This document shows positions 9,429 to 21,117 of a stretch of DNA of 64,000 nucleotides, piece after piece (the stretch's first letter is position 1; each line of letters starts with the position of its first letter). The stretch lies in NCBI GenBank assembly GCA_003707115.1, contig PPNB01000011.1, positions 1-64,000 of the forward strand, in the 5' to 3' direction. A program made the translations under genes and the position numbers. The notes beneath the pieces were generated by a model that was not told the DNA's origin, did no database searches, and saw nothing but the letters and a program-made list of their open reading frames with translations. Source of the DNA: Tortispora ganteri. Its lineage: Eukaryota.

Positions 9429-11033
9429 TTATCCGATTACAAAACCGCTAATCATTGCTGCAGCAACTAGCGCTGATGATAATCCTGCCAAGGCCTTAGC
9501 AATTCTCTTATGTTGGGTGTCGACGTTACCAACGATCTTATCGAGTTGTCCCCATCCCAGTAAAATCCACAACGGCGGACAGATCACAAAGAATGCAAGA
9601 AACACTCCAGACACTTGTTTAGGACAAATGCGGGACTTGTGCATCAATTGAGGTTTTTCAGTATTTGTAGCTAAAGATCTCCAGGCGTACCGTGTTTCAT
9701 TGGCCTCTTCGACGTCTTCGCCAGCATAAAGTTTTAGGTATTTCTCCAATTTGTCTCGATCCTGAGGTCGATGAACAATGAGAATCTCATTTTTATTTCG
9801 TTTACCAGCAATCATATTTTCCGCAAAACTTACGTCCGTACCCACAGATACTTGAGATATACCAAGACCTTGCGGTCTGACAGGTTTGATTTTTTGTTGC
9901 AGGGCTTTTGACGGCTCCGCGGCTTTCGCTCCTGGAAGTGTCGGTAGCGGCAGGTCAGGAACTGGACTCCTTCCGGTATCTTGCAGCACTGGGCTGTTCA
10001 GTGGCTTTTGTGTGATGTCTGTGAGCGTGGGCTCTTCAATGAGCGAAGTCATGTGTGATCGAGCGTCAGTGGTTGCAGGGTGAGGAGAAGGATAGAAAGA
10101 TTCAGGGGTAAGAATATCAGACCGCGGGGTATTGATGTTCTCTTGTAGCTTTTCTATAGGTGCGCTGTATGCATGCGGAAGTATATCGTCATCTATTGGA
10201 GGCGTTGGGGGAATAACGCTTGCCCGTTCAGAAGCAGCAGTAGTAATAGCAGTAGCAGTGTTTCTTGGTGGCTTATCAAAGATTCTTGAACTATTACTGC
10301 TTTTGAATACATCTTTAGCGGGATCAAGAGTAGGGTATGTTGGGACCGCTAGAGGCTGCGCAGTCGGGTCATTTTGTTGGTGTCGAATGTAATAAGCAGG
10401 ATTGGAATTCTTGATTCCAAGATGAGGATGGACAATGGGCTTAGCCACTGACTTGTTCTTGTTTGAGAAGAAAGAAACCATTTTATCGATTTCTGTATCC
10501 CAAAGAGGGGATTCGATACTAGCACGACTATCTTCGTAGGGTTCTCCTCCGATAGTTGTGGCTTCAGGATGGTATATCACGGTACCATAAGACTGATCGC
10601 CGCTACTTATTGAATGATCAGAGACCGTAGGTATATCAAGGGACCCTTCATATTCAAGGGTTCTGAGCGCGTTTACATTCGTATCGCCTAAAGTTGTGGT
10701 TCCAGAACCATTCTCAGGGTCCAGAATTGTGCTTGAGTTATAGCTTCCCGCATGCTGTTTTATCGCGAGATTAGTTATACCTGCCTTGCGTCTTAATTCT
10801 TTATACGCGCCAAATGAGGACACTGGAGATACCGGTATATTTTCTTTACCTCTCATGCTGGATATACTGCGTTTATTAGACATCTGTCTCAATCGATTAG
10901 ACTCGATTATCCGTACACTTCCTCCTTCGCTGGATGTACTAATATCAGGCTCTTGCATGCGCATTCTGCCTAATGAATTGGGCGAGTCGTCGAGATCGAA
11001 ATTTTGTGCTAGTAATATGTCATTGTCCGCCAT
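9429..11033 (-). CDS. Membrane protein with long disordered N-terminus and two C-terminal TM helices, possibly Bud8/Bud9-like
   Basis: 534-aa ORF; Pro/Ser-rich; TM1 FFVICPPLWILLG and terminal AAAMISGFVIG. Confidence 0.6.
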   Translation of the reverse strand: MADNDILLAQNFDLDDSPNSLGRMRMQEPDISTSSEGGSVRIIESNRLRQMSNKRSISSMRGKENIPVSPVSSFGAYKELRRKAGITNLAIKQHAGSYNSSTILDPENGSGTTTLGDTNVNALRTLEYEGSLDIPTVSDHSISSGDQSYGTVIYHPEATTIGGEPYEDSRASIESPLWDTEIDKMVSFFSNKNKSVAKPIVHPHLGIKNSNPAYYIRHQQNDPTAQPLAVPTYPTLDPAKDVFKSSNSSRIFDKPPRNTATAITTAASERASVIPPTPPIDDDILPHAYSAPIEKLQENINTPRSDILTPESFYPSPHPATTDARSHMTSLIEEPTLTDITQKPLNSPVLQDTGRSPVPDLPLPTLPGAKAAEPSKALQQKIKPVRPQGLGISQVSVGTDVSFAENMIAGKRNKNEILIVHRPQDRDKLEKYLKLYAGEDVEEANETRYAWRSLATNTEKPQLMHKSRICPKQVSGVFLAFFVICPPLWILLGWGQLDKIVGNVDTQHKRIAKALAGLSSALVAAAMISGFVIG

Positions 11034-11438
11034 TTTGTACTTTTATTCGTATGTGATATGCTCTACTGGCAATAACACTGTTAGTTCGCTTGATCGCGTA
11101 TTTTCACAAACCACGTCAAACTTTCACTAATGTGATTTTTTATTTACAAAACTAAAATGAAGAAGCAATATGCGGCTTGTCGTAGCGCAGTAAAAGTCTG
11201 CTTAAATAACAAATTGGCTTTTGTTTACTAGTCAGATTGTTTTCGTAATTTAACACGCGGTGGGACTGTCGCGCGTTCTTACAGGGTTAAGGGTTCATAT
11301 CTATAGTAATATTAATGCAAGGGCTGAACAATGTAGGAATGCTGAGTAAGACACGCATATGGCATCGAAAACATTTAGGCGTGTTCATAAATTAATGCTT
11401 CATAAGTTGGAGCCTTAACTGCGACTGCCAGATGTGGC

Positions 11439-13973
11439 TCAAGGTGGACCAAACCACTCGTTGTCGCCTAGAGGTACGAGTGCACAGGATTTCCAGTCAC
11501 ATGTTTGCTTGTATATCTCTGTTCCCCACCAAGTAATGTGAGACGAGATGCCAGTAGCGTGAAATAGAAAAAATATACACACTGTACAAAGTGCGAGCGA
11601 AGAGTCCAGAGCGGCAGACACAGTCATAGCGCTGTCTTTCCACCAGCCAGGGTATCTTTGCTTCACTAGATAGTTAAAAATGAAACCAAACAGGCCCCAG
11701 GCAGCCACGTTTAGCCCATTAGCTGGTGGAATCCACGTCAGGCCACCAAGGAGAACAGGTATATGAATATACTGGATCCAGGATTTGGGTTTTGAACGAT
11801 ACAGTAAGTAGACCATCACAGTAACGATAATACCTGCAGGTAATGCTAGAGGCAATGCCCAGTAAATATGGTCCAGGGAAAAGAATTTCCACGGGCCTAC
11901 TACTCCCCATAAAAGAGTTCCATTAAAATGAACTCTAGCAAATGGACACGAAAATCCAGATTCAGCATCGAGAAAGCACATATCTGGAACGATGAGAAAG
12001 AGCAGGTTCAGTACAAGTATCTGCGTGAGTCCAGCGACCAGCGTGGAAATAATTTGAACAGAAAACAAAAGTTTTGGAGCTAGTTTCATGTACTGGCCGA
12101 GCTTCAGGTCCGCTGAAAACTTCATGCCCTGTGATGCTGTGATGTAACCGTAAGCCAAAAACATCATGTTTCCCATGGGGTTACCAGGTAAGAGGTATCC
12201 GGCCAAAATTTGAATAGCAAGGTAAGTAGATTGGAACTGATTCGTGATTGCGTATATGAACGATACAGGAAGGAAAGTCATAACTGCAATGACAATGGCA
12301 ATAATAAGTTGCCAGAGATCAACATGCATAGGATAAAACTTAACCACAAAGTAAGCGAGCAGGAAACATACGATGAACAGTAAAAAAAACCACGATTTGG
12401 GCACGTTCGATGGAGGGGTACTATGTGTATGATCGTTTTCCGTGCTAGCATTATGGTCAGTTACATTGCCGTAAGTTTGCCTATTCTGACTGGCAATAGA
12501 AGGCGATCTCTTAGTGAGAGAAACGATTTGTTTGCCATGATACAAGATGACATAAGTAGCCACTGCACCAAGAGCTGCAAACTGTGCAGCATAAGAGCAC
12601 ACGTAAGTCATGGAAAGATAGACGGGGGAATAGTCTTTATACGCCTGCTCGTCGAGTTTGAAATCTGGAGAAAGTATTCGAGTAGTATTGTAGCTTTGAC
12701 CAAACCGATCGTACATTTGAGGAGAAGACACAGGCATGTACGAAGAGTAGAACCAGTTTTTAAAATAGCCTATTCCACATATCAGCCAGACAAATACTAC
12801 CAAACCCACAAGTACATTGGCCTGAGCCCACCAGGGGGTAAGTATTGGTGAACCTAAATAGGATATTTGGGCCCAGTCAAAAGAAATTGGAAACATTCCT
12901 AAACCGGAATGAGTACCAAAGAGAGCTGAAAGAGATGGACTGGAAGGGTTTAGCCAGGTCAAAACATTGAAATAGCTCAAGAAGGGAGTAAATAGGCCAG
13001 GAAATAAGTACCACACGGCACCAGCAGCAAATAGAGACTTAAACAGATGTACTCTGGATGCTACTGTGAGTTTTAAGTCGCTATGAAAACTGTCGAGTAA
13101 TGAGACAGGCACCAAGGTACTGGGCCAGATCATAGATGCTGGTTCAATGAGGATTTTTTGGGCAAAACCGGCAAATGCATATCCCATTACTTGCGAAGAA
13201 AACAAAAGACCAATTTGATATAGTATACCAAGACTGGCGTTGTAGAATTTAGTCTGTTCGACGATGATGTCAGTAGCGTAAGCAAAACCGAAGGAGACGT
13301 TTGCACCTATATAGACTAGCGCGTGTTCTTTGCAATTCCATCTGCCCTTACCGGCAAAGTTTTTAAGCTTAGCGAAAAAACCAGATACGGGCTGGGATGC
13401 AGGAAGCGATTCAGGAAATATGCGGTCCCACAGGAGGCCGAGAGGGTGGGCGACGAGGAGGGCCAGTGTTGGTGATATAGTGATTGAAGGATAGCGCAGA
13501 GAGAAAAAGAGATTCATTGCAGATCCTACAACTGCTAATAACAGCGTAAGGACCCACATTCTGAGAGTGTTTGTATCTGCAAAGGGATAACGGTCAATAG
13601 AGTTGTCAGGAACGAAGTCTTGGAAATCGTCTTCAGAATCTGAAATGGCAAACTCGGAATCGTCGACGATGTCTATATCTGATTCATCAAAAAGTTGCGG
13701 TCTATAGAGGTCGCTTAGATTAACAGATTCCGAAGTTCTGGGCCTAACTGTATAGGATTGACGGTGAGGGTCATTGTTGTGAATGCCGTCAACGGCGAAC
13801 TCAGGATCGTCAATTCGTCTGTAGTCAGCCAACGCGCTTCTTCGACGGTTTAATCTTCTAAATTCACGTTCAATTAAAGTTTTTCTACCAATAGAATGAA
13901 TATCAAAATTCGGTAACGACGAGATGCTTCCGTAATCGCGTATATCTGAAGAATACGAGAACTTAGCACTCAT
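11439..13973 (-). CDS. OPT-family oligopeptide transporter
   Basis: NTLRMW, FFSLRYPSI, KEHALV, YATDII, MIWPSTL, DLKLGQYMK, SAALD motifs; many TM segments. Confidence 0.93.
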   Translation of the reverse strand: MSAKFSYSSDIRDYGSISSLPNFDIHSIGRKTLIEREFRRLNRRRSALADYRRIDDPEFAVDGIHNNDPHRQSYTVRPRTSESVNLSDLYRPQLFDESDIDIVDDSEFAISDSEDDFQDFVPDNSIDRYPFADTNTLRMWVLTLLLAVVGSAMNLFFSLRYPSITISPTLALLVAHPLGLLWDRIFPESLPASQPVSGFFAKLKNFAGKGRWNCKEHALVYIGANVSFGFAYATDIIVEQTKFYNASLGILYQIGLLFSSQVMGYAFAGFAQKILIEPASMIWPSTLVPVSLLDSFHSDLKLTVASRVHLFKSLFAAGAVWYLFPGLFTPFLSYFNVLTWLNPSSPSLSALFGTHSGLGMFPISFDWAQISYLGSPILTPWWAQANVLVGLVVFVWLICGIGYFKNWFYSSYMPVSSPQMYDRFGQSYNTTRILSPDFKLDEQAYKDYSPVYLSMTYVCSYAAQFAALGAVATYVILYHGKQIVSLTKRSPSIASQNRQTYGNVTDHNASTENDHTHSTPPSNVPKSWFFLLFIVCFLLAYFVVKFYPMHVDLWQLIIAIVIAVMTFLPVSFIYAITNQFQSTYLAIQILAGYLLPGNPMGNMMFLAYGYITASQGMKFSADLKLGQYMKLAPKLLFSVQIISTLVAGLTQILVLNLLFLIVPDMCFLDAESGFSCPFARVHFNGTLLWGVVGPWKFFSLDHIYWALPLALPAGIIVTVMVYLLYRSKPKSWIQYIHIPVLLGGLTWIPPANGLNVAAWGLFGFIFNYLVKQRYPGWWKDSAMTVSAALDSSLALCTVCIFFLFHATGISSHITWWGTEIYKQTCDWKSCALVPLGDNEWFGPP

Positions 13974-14294
13974 ATACTAGAAATGTATAGGGTGATTTAG
14001 TATAATCTATGAAATGCGGTTTATAAATGCAAAATAAATAATACGCCTCAAAAGCTCATTTAGGAGCAATTTATGCCAAAAATTCTCGAATACACGCCTC
14101 CACAAGAACGAAGATGTTGCCAGAATGTAAGTTACAAGGGGGTGGTGGGAACTACTAATAGCATGATGCTATATTGTGTAACTAAAATAAATGTCACATC
14201 AATAAACCCGCTAAAATACAGCGTTTGAAATGTCAAAAATAGCAATAATTGTTAAATTATTGCATGAGAATAAAATAATAAATAGAACATTTCA

Positions 14295-17200
14295 TCAAAT
14301 CATAAGAGCAAACTCCGCAACTGTACATCCAAGTCCGTCCTCATCGAACGAATCTTCAACGACAAGTACAGCCGATGCAGCTAAAGTGCGCTCAAAGTTC
14401 ATATCAGTAGTATTACCAACTTTAAGTTTCACTTCCAGAGCTTCTTCAGCAATCCAAGGGTCGTTGATACGCACTTCTTCATCGGTTACAACCCACTTAA
14501 CAGATTCAAGCGAGCTGCACGGATCAAGTACAGACTCAGACAGACCTAGAGAAAATTTCTTTGCAGGAACCTTGTTCCAATTGATTGAAACATGCGAGAC
14601 TAGTTGCTTTTGTCCAAGACTCACGTACAGACTTGAAGCATTGCTAGTGGAAGAACGCCAGTGGGAGCCGTTGAAACCGTCCACGGCCGCCATAGGGTAT
14701 CCACCGGGTACCCAGGTCGTGTTCGACGTTGCCGGCATGCATTGAGCAGCATTACCAGGAATTGAGGCCACGTTGAGATCCGGTCTTCGTGTACTAACCG
14801 TGTACGTTTCGTTCACAGCAAGAAACGTTTCCTCAGTTTCGCGTAGAGGTCCTTCTAGTCGTAGCAGCACTTTCTCAGGCGCTTGAACCGAACTATTGCT
14901 GTCTGCCACACGGGTGATAGTGGTCTCGGTCATATTAATCTCAATATTAAATACTGCACCATGCCATTTAAGACCATTGACCGCGTATCCTCCTTCAAGT
15001 TGCGGCGAAATTGACGGATCAAGAATCAGTGCGTCGTCAGCAGGACGGTAGCCAGTGTATCCGTGCGTGAGCGTCTGTAAAAAGCCTCCATTTCCTGTCA
15101 AGAAGGGGAAGGCAGGATGCGTTCCACCGTTTTCGTAAGGGTTGTCATTCAATTGCTCAGAAAACTGGTAGAATGGCGTCCGTAAATAGGGTTGATGTGA
15201 GTACTCGAGGAACGTGTAAGCAGAGCACCCAGAGTTCTGCAAATGTGCAGTTGAAATTTGAAAGATCGCCCATGTCATTGCTGGCCCATCTGGGGACTGG
15301 GCTTGAGCATAGAATTGCAAGTCATTCCGGGATTGGTCTAAAGAAATAGAGTAGTTGAGCGGATAATAAAGCAATACCACGTCCGCTTGCTTAATCACCA
15401 CAGAACCGTTCATAGTGTCGTATTCATATACCAGATCCAAGCTTTCATTAAAGGGAATGTAAATATTGGTTTCGATATCCTGCCACTTTTCCAAATCGGC
15501 TGTTGTGTCATTGATAATGCCAGCAACCTCGCGAGCCCACCCCATAAGTTTGGAAATACCAGCATTTGTAAATGCGCCATTGTTTATGTGGTTCGCGTAC
15601 TCGTCCGGGTCAGTAAGGTTAAGCGTCCAGTACTTTCCATTAGTCGACGAGTTCTGGAAAACATAAGAGGCAAACATGTCAGCTGCGTCGCGGATAATGG
15701 GCCATGCATTATCCGCGAGGAATTGAGTGTCACCAGTAGACAGGTAGTAGTGGTAGAATGCCATAGCAATATCTGTGTTGAGGTGGTACTGGTAGTCAAC
15801 GCAGGGCCCAACGCCTGTGCAATTTCCGTATCTTCCTGACGTCCAGGGGTAGATAGCGCCATCCAGGTTGTTCTGCTGAGCATTGATGACAGCCTGGCCG
15901 TGCAGACGTTGACGATAGTCTAACACAGATTTGGACACTTCAGGGAACAGAGCCAGTATACCTGGGTACATCCAAATATCAGCATCCCAAAATATAAGTC
16001 CAGCATATGCGTCAGAGGAGATTCCACCTACGGCGATAGAGTTTTCAATCTCCATGTCGTTTTCGTCAGAAGAGCGGAGGTTGGCCAACAGGTGGTAGAT
16101 TGTGGACCGCGCAGCTATTTGAAGATTAACATCAAAAGGAAAAACAATATCAGCAGAATTCCAGATGGAGTCCCATGCCTTTCTGTGGCTGGCAATCAAG
16201 TCATCCCAATTGGTGCTGTTACCGTAAATGATCGCTTCTTGGGCAGCATTGTTAGCGGCAGCGAAGCTTCCGTTAAAGGTGTCAGAAGAAGCAATTCCAA
16301 CATATTTTGTCACTATATAAGTAGTGTTAGCCTTGAGATCAACCATTTGTGCCTGTTGGATAACGGTAGACTCGTTTTTAGGGAGAAGTTCAGAGTCTTC
16401 AGGTGATATGCAAGTTAAATTGCGTAAGTCGGTGCCAGTGAGCGTAGCGTACTCGTAGGCGACTGTTGAATTAACGTAATCAGGATGTACAGCAACAAAC
16501 AAGGCAGTTGAGTTGCATCCGTTGTCATAAGGATTCGTTCTCCATGCGCCCTGACCGTCAAGTGCGTTGGTAATTGTAAAAGTTCCGTTTACCGAAGCGA
16601 GAGGGACAATTTGGAGCCTTACAGCTGCCAAAGTAGGGTGGGAGCGATGCGCGATGACAGTGAAGTTAAGAGAGTAAGCTTCTGAAGAGTCGTCGAGACC
16701 ATGCGGATACCAGTCGAGTGACGTAGAGACGATACCATCGCGTATGGATAGGGCCTGAACGTAATTAGTGATCTGGGATTGGTTGTTAGTGTTGACTCCA
16801 TAAGTGAGGCCAGAGGGCGTAGTAAAGTAGAGCGAGGACCAGACAGGTAAGGCAGAAATGACAGATTCGCGTCCAATTCGCGGGAAGTTTGTACCTGGTG
16901 TGGAGTACTGATTATTCCAAAAGCCAGAAACAAAGGCGCCAGTGTACCGTTCGTTGAAGAGCGGCCAACCTGCGTAGGGCTGCGTAGCATTATCTAAGGT
17001 AGAAGTTCTGTTCTGATCTTCTGCGTAGCCTGTTCCCTGGACGGGGAGACGAGCGCCTATGTAGCCGTTTGCAACATAGGGTTGGATCTGGTACTGATTC
17101 TCCTGGAACAAAGTGGAGAAGAGTGTCCAGGAAGAGGAATTGAAGAATGTGCCATTTCCTGTGATATGGAAGTCCGAAAAGTTTGCACGCTGTGACGCAG

Positions 17201-17348
17201 AAGTACATTCGCTGAAATGCAAGGGCGGTTTGGCAGCTCCAGGGTAGGACTGTGGTGGTAGCTGTGGTGGAGCAAGTTGACGTTTTGAAACAATAGATAG
17301 ATCAAGAGCTAATGATAGCACAGTACATGTTATTAACAATATAATCAT
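14295..17348 (-). CDS. ATH1: Secreted/cell-wall acid trehalase, GH65
   Basis: QPYVANGYIGARLP, YAGLIFWDAD.W, TDPDEYANH, VIKQADVVL, AFPFLTG.GGFLQ. Start moved to ATG 17348, which gives a signal peptide (MIILLITCTVLSLA). Confidence 0.93.
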   Translation of the reverse strand: MIILLITCTVLSLALDLSIVSKRQLAPPQLPPQSYPGAAKPPLHFSECTSASQRANFSDFHITGNGTFFNSSSWTLFSTLFQENQYQIQPYVANGYIGARLPVQGTGYAEDQNRTSTLDNATQPYAGWPLFNERYTGAFVSGFWNNQYSTPGTNFPRIGRESVISALPVWSSLYFTTPSGLTYGVNTNNQSQITNYVQALSIRDGIVSTSLDWYPHGLDDSSEAYSLNFTVIAHRSHPTLAAVRLQIVPLASVNGTFTITNALDGQGAWRTNPYDNGCNSTALFVAVHPDYVNSTVAYEYATLTGTDLRNLTCISPEDSELLPKNESTVIQQAQMVDLKANTTYIVTKYVGIASSDTFNGSFAAANNAAQEAIIYGNSTNWDDLIASHRKAWDSIWNSADIVFPFDVNLQIAARSTIYHLLANLRSSDENDMEIENSIAVGGISSDAYAGLIFWDADIWMYPGILALFPEVSKSVLDYRQRLHGQAVINAQQNNLDGAIYPWTSGRYGNCTGVGPCVDYQYHLNTDIAMAFYHYYLSTGDTQFLADNAWPIIRDAADMFASYVFQNSSTNGKYWTLNLTDPDEYANHINNGAFTNAGISKLMGWAREVAGIINDTTADLEKWQDIETNIYIPFNESLDLVYEYDTMNGSVVIKQADVVLLYYPLNYSISLDQSRNDLQFYAQAQSPDGPAMTWAIFQISTAHLQNSGCSAYTFLEYSHQPYLRTPFYQFSEQLNDNPYENGGTHPAFPFLTGNGGFLQTLTHGYTGYRPADDALILDPSISPQLEGGYAVNGLKWHGAVFNIEINMTETTITRVADSNSSVQAPEKVLLRLEGPLRETEETFLAVNETYTVSTRRPDLNVASIPGNAAQCMPATSNTTWVPGGYPMAAVDGFNGSHWRSSTSNASSLYVSLGQKQLVSHVSINWNKVPAKKFSLGLSESVLDPCSSLESVKWVVTDEEVRINDPWIAEEALEVKLKVGNTTDMNFERTLAASAVLVVEDSFDEDGLGCTVAEFALMI

Positions 17349-18693
17349 GATTGCTATGTTTTTTGTGGAATAACAATATTGTAATGAGTTACTATATATG
17401 AAACGAAAGAAACAGGCTAGGCGCCTAAATCTAAGCCGTCGGCGAAGTATAGTAAACGGAAAAAGCGGAGGTCTATTTCGCATTAGGAATGGCTTCTTAA
17501 AAAAGAGACAACAGGGTTCATTTTGTTGGATTATGATTTGTTGAATCAATTATCTTAAGTTAGTTCGCTAGTTTCGAAATCCTAACTTAGCATTAATAAA
17601 CGTAGTAGTAAAAGGTCAAAATGAAAAGTACCATGGGGCCGTGTAAAGAGTATGATAGAACAAGATTAAGCTTTCTGGGCGGCACGCGAAGGAAACAGGG
17701 CTTTCTTTGATCAAGGACCCCCCTCCCCTCATCCTCCACATTAAGCAGATTTTTGCAGCAAATTGTCAATCATTCAAGCATCTAATTAGCAATTTTAAGA
17801 ACAATTTTAATTTGCTTGATTATAAAGTCACCGATCAGAGTTCGCTACTAGGTGCAATTGAGATATTCGTTCGCTAAACCATCCCGCTGATATACAAACT
17901 TTATTCTCGCTTCAAATATAATAATTAGAGTTTTAGACATTGTCTTATTAATAGTACCATGACTTAATGTCTTTTTGAAATGCCTTATGCCGCTGGTTCC
18001 CCTCACTAATTAGGCAAAATGATCTTATTTTAGAATATATCCTCTAATTTTCTAGTTTAACAAGGTAAAACATTCTTGTACTTTTTTTAGCATGGGGAAT
18101 GTAACTTGCGGCCCGACTTATGAATCATCTTTTATTTCCGGCCCAAGACGCAAAAATGATCTAAATTAATCTTTGAAACGACCTACTTCGGCAATTATTT
18201 TTTACTTACTCAACAATATACATTTCCACTATTTTAGGCACTCACCGTCACGTGTTACAGTTACATTCTCGCACTCATGATCGATCGCGAGCTATGCTTA
18301 CACACTTCTGACATCTCACACCCGTTCATATCTTTGTCATCTGCCTGCACGCCCTAAAAGTCACAAATTATCCCAACTGGTCTGGTGTAAATGTACCTTT
18401 CAATATTAAGGACCTTGATAGCCATTTGTAGCGCTTAAATTGCTCGCATACACTTCTTTGTCTTGCCAATTTTACAAAATCATCTCACACCTATATAGTG
18501 ATGCTGCCCTATGTACCCTACTTTGTAATAGCAGTTAAAATTTACAAAACCACTAATTTTATTACCCTCAGCCCTGAAATACTGCGAACTCGCAAACACC
18601 ATTTCTCAACCTTCACTATCTCGCATTTGGTAATTTCGCCTTGCTAGACGCTACTTTATCGCGACTGTGATTGGACTGTCAGACTTCAAAAAT

Positions 18694-20121
18694 ATGGCTC
18701 CTATACACGACAAAGATGTGCTTATAATATTTCCTGGCTCAGAAGTCACGCACGTGCAGTATGGGTTGCCTGAGTCTTTCACTCCTCCCTCCGTGACCAT
18801 CCCTTCAGTTGTCTATAAACATGCTGACGGGGCTGAAAACCACTTTTCTGCCACTGAAGGAACACCTATCAGTCCAATTGTTGCAGGAAAAATTGTTGAT
18901 CTTCCCGCATTCTGCTACCTTCTGCGCGTCATTATCAAGACCTTTGTACCCATTGGCGCAAGCCCTGCCGTACTCCTGGCGTCTAGTATTCATTGGACGC
19001 CTTTGCAAATAGAGAAAATTACACAGTTTGTATTTCAGACTTGCCACGTCCCGTATTTCACTATCGAATTGTCGAGCCTGCTGACAACCTGCGCCTACAA
19101 CTGCCACACTTCCCTGGTTATTGAAGTCGGCAAGGAAAAAACGGACATCACTCCCATCATCGACTGGGTACCGGGATCGTCTATGGCTGTGACAGTTGAA
19201 GCCGGTGGTGATAGTATTACTCAGTCGATTATTGATGCTTCGCCGTCCGACGTTTCTGGGCCTTTGTCCTGGGAACAGGCGACCGCCCTCAAGAAATCAG
19301 GTATTTACGAAGTGTTTAACAAAGACAGCGACAGCTATTCGCGTTTCTTCGGCGAGCCAGATACAGCCAATAAAGAGGCTGATGCCGGCGAGTTTGACGT
19401 TGCTAAAATCGTTGTAGACGGTAAGGCACATGAATTTGTGGCTTCTCACGATAAAACGAATGCCGAGGACGGCGACGAAGGTCGGAACCGCGAATCAGAC
19501 CTGCCCAACCATGAAAGAGACACCAATTTCTTGGACTGCGACGGTATGAAAATAGAGGTGGGATCTTTGCGGTTTCAAGGCACTGAAGATCTTGTGAATA
19601 AGATTGTGGATGGCGTAGGGATTGCCGTTAGTCACATTGATAGCATCCCTACCCGACAGGACTGCTGGTCAAATATATGTTTAGTAGGACGGACGCTCAC
19701 TATTCCCGGACTCAAGGAATCTATAATGGCCGCACTGCATACACGATACAATATTGTCAGATCTAGCACGATGTCTGAAATACCCACAAATATTAACACA
19801 CCAGGCAGCCAAACGCCTATAGGGTCTGCTTCTGGAGCTGCTACGCCTATACCGGGATCGGGCGCATCTGGCACTCCTGCCCCGGAGGCCTGGTACGACG
19901 TCGGCCATGGCCAGGTGCCTACATTTATGCGTTTGGCAAAGATAAGCGAGCACTTCCCGGAATGGAAGAACTACAAGATCGAGGATACACCATTTTTAGG
20001 CGCGCAGATCGCAGCCAAAGTCATATTTGGTGCTGCACCTACTGCCTCAGATTCTCTCTACGTCACAAGGTACAGCTACAACATGTCCGGTCCGAGAACT
20101 ATATGGGACGTTTACGGATAA
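18694..20121 (+). CDS. ARP9: Actin-related protein of SWI/SNF and RSC
   Basis: MAP....VLIIFPGS..T.VQYG N-terminus, actin fold, FPEWK and FLGAQI.AK motifs. First ATG is at 18694. Confidence 0.85.
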   Translation: MAPIHDKDVLIIFPGSEVTHVQYGLPESFTPPSVTIPSVVYKHADGAENHFSATEGTPISPIVAGKIVDLPAFCYLLRVIIKTFVPIGASPAVLLASSIHWTPLQIEKITQFVFQTCHVPYFTIELSSLLTTCAYNCHTSLVIEVGKEKTDITPIIDWVPGSSMAVTVEAGGDSITQSIIDASPSDVSGPLSWEQATALKKSGIYEVFNKDSDSYSRFFGEPDTANKEADAGEFDVAKIVVDGKAHEFVASHDKTNAEDGDEGRNRESDLPNHERDTNFLDCDGMKIEVGSLRFQGTEDLVNKIVDGVGIAVSHIDSIPTRQDCWSNICLVGRTLTIPGLKESIMAALHTRYNIVRSSTMSEIPTNINTPGSQTPIGSASGAATPIPGSGASGTPAPEAWYDVGHGQVPTFMRLAKISEHFPEWKNYKIEDTPFLGAQIAAKVIFGAAPTASDSLYVTRYSYNMSGPRTIWDVYG

Positions 20122-20252
20122 AGTGATTGCAAATTCACAGCGTATCGATTAATGTAATATAACCTAATATTTTTGTGCTGTTGTTTGGTCGTTAATAGTA
20201 TCTGACCCCCACGTGATTTGAACCTAAACTCCACCATACCCATCTGATATTC

Positions 20253-21083
20253 ATGGATCTCGAGGAAATTCGCGATTTTCTGGTAAAGTTGGCTAGAAAT
20301 GCCGGCGAAATGATCAGAGAAAAAACAGGAAAAGTCACATGGGACGATAAAATGAACTCTGTAGATTTAGTGACGGAAACAGATGCTGCTGTTGAGAGAA
20401 TGGTCAAGGAACAGCTCGCCTCCAAGTACCCGGACTTCAAGTTTATGGGCGAAGAGACCACTCACGGTATATTGACGGCCGATCCAACTTTCATTGTTGA
20501 TCCAATCGATGGTACAACAAACTTCATTCACAGATTCCCCAGTTCCTGCATCTCACTGGGCTTTGCCGTCGACAAAGTACCCGTGGTGGGTGTCGTCTAT
20601 AACCCACTCCTCGACCACATGTACGAGGGTGTTAAAGGCAAGGGTGCGTATTTCAACGGACAGAAACTGCCGCTCAAACCCCCGTCCGAACTATCGCTGG
20701 GTACAGCTCTGATCGCCATTGAATGGGGATCTGAACGGTCTGGGCCGAATTATGCTTGCAAAACCCAAACGTTTGCCGATCTGGCCGCCAGCGACGGGGC
20801 CATGGTCCACGGATTCCGGTCTATGGGCTCCGCTGCACTCAATTTGTGTGGCGTAGCAGCCGGCACGCTAGATGCATACTGGGAAGGCGGATGCTGGGCA
20901 TGGGATGTTTGCGCAGGATGGGCCATTCTTGCAGAGACCGGTGGAATAGTCGTCCACGGCAATCCGGACACTGACAAGGCGGCAGTTGACTCACGCGTGT
21001 ATTTAGCAGTGCGCGCCGGTTCAAACCAGCAGAAGTTTATCGCTGACTTCAAGTCACACATCAAGGGCAGCTTGTCGTATTAA
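20253..21083 (+). CDS. Inositol monophosphatase (Inm1/Inm2/QutG family)
   Basis: DLVTETD, FIVDPIDGTTNF, GSAALN, WDVCAG motifs. Confidence 0.95.
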   Translation: MDLEEIRDFLVKLARNAGEMIREKTGKVTWDDKMNSVDLVTETDAAVERMVKEQLASKYPDFKFMGEETTHGILTADPTFIVDPIDGTTNFIHRFPSSCISLGFAVDKVPVVGVVYNPLLDHMYEGVKGKGAYFNGQKLPLKPPSELSLGTALIAIEWGSERSGPNYACKTQTFADLAASDGAMVHGFRSMGSAALNLCGVAAGTLDAYWEGGCWAWDVCAGWAILAETGGIVVHGNPDTDKAAVDSRVYLAVRAGSNQQKFIADFKSHIKGSLSY

Positions 21084-21117
21084 TACATTATGCCACCATT
21101 AAAATTCATCGTTTTGC

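Noticed and set aside
14230..17305. Many short ORFs overlapping ATH1, and similar shadow ORFs across the window
   Set aside because: Antisense or alternate-frame by-products of well-supported genes, with no recognisable motifs.
17349..17549. TTG-initiated N-terminal extension of ATH1 in the ORF track, and similar extensions of ARP9, COG8, VMA6, SPB4 and the dienelactone hydrolase
   Set aside because: Family-typical N-termini begin at the downstream ATGs, and the extensions show no targeting-signal character or good start context, unlike CDC9.
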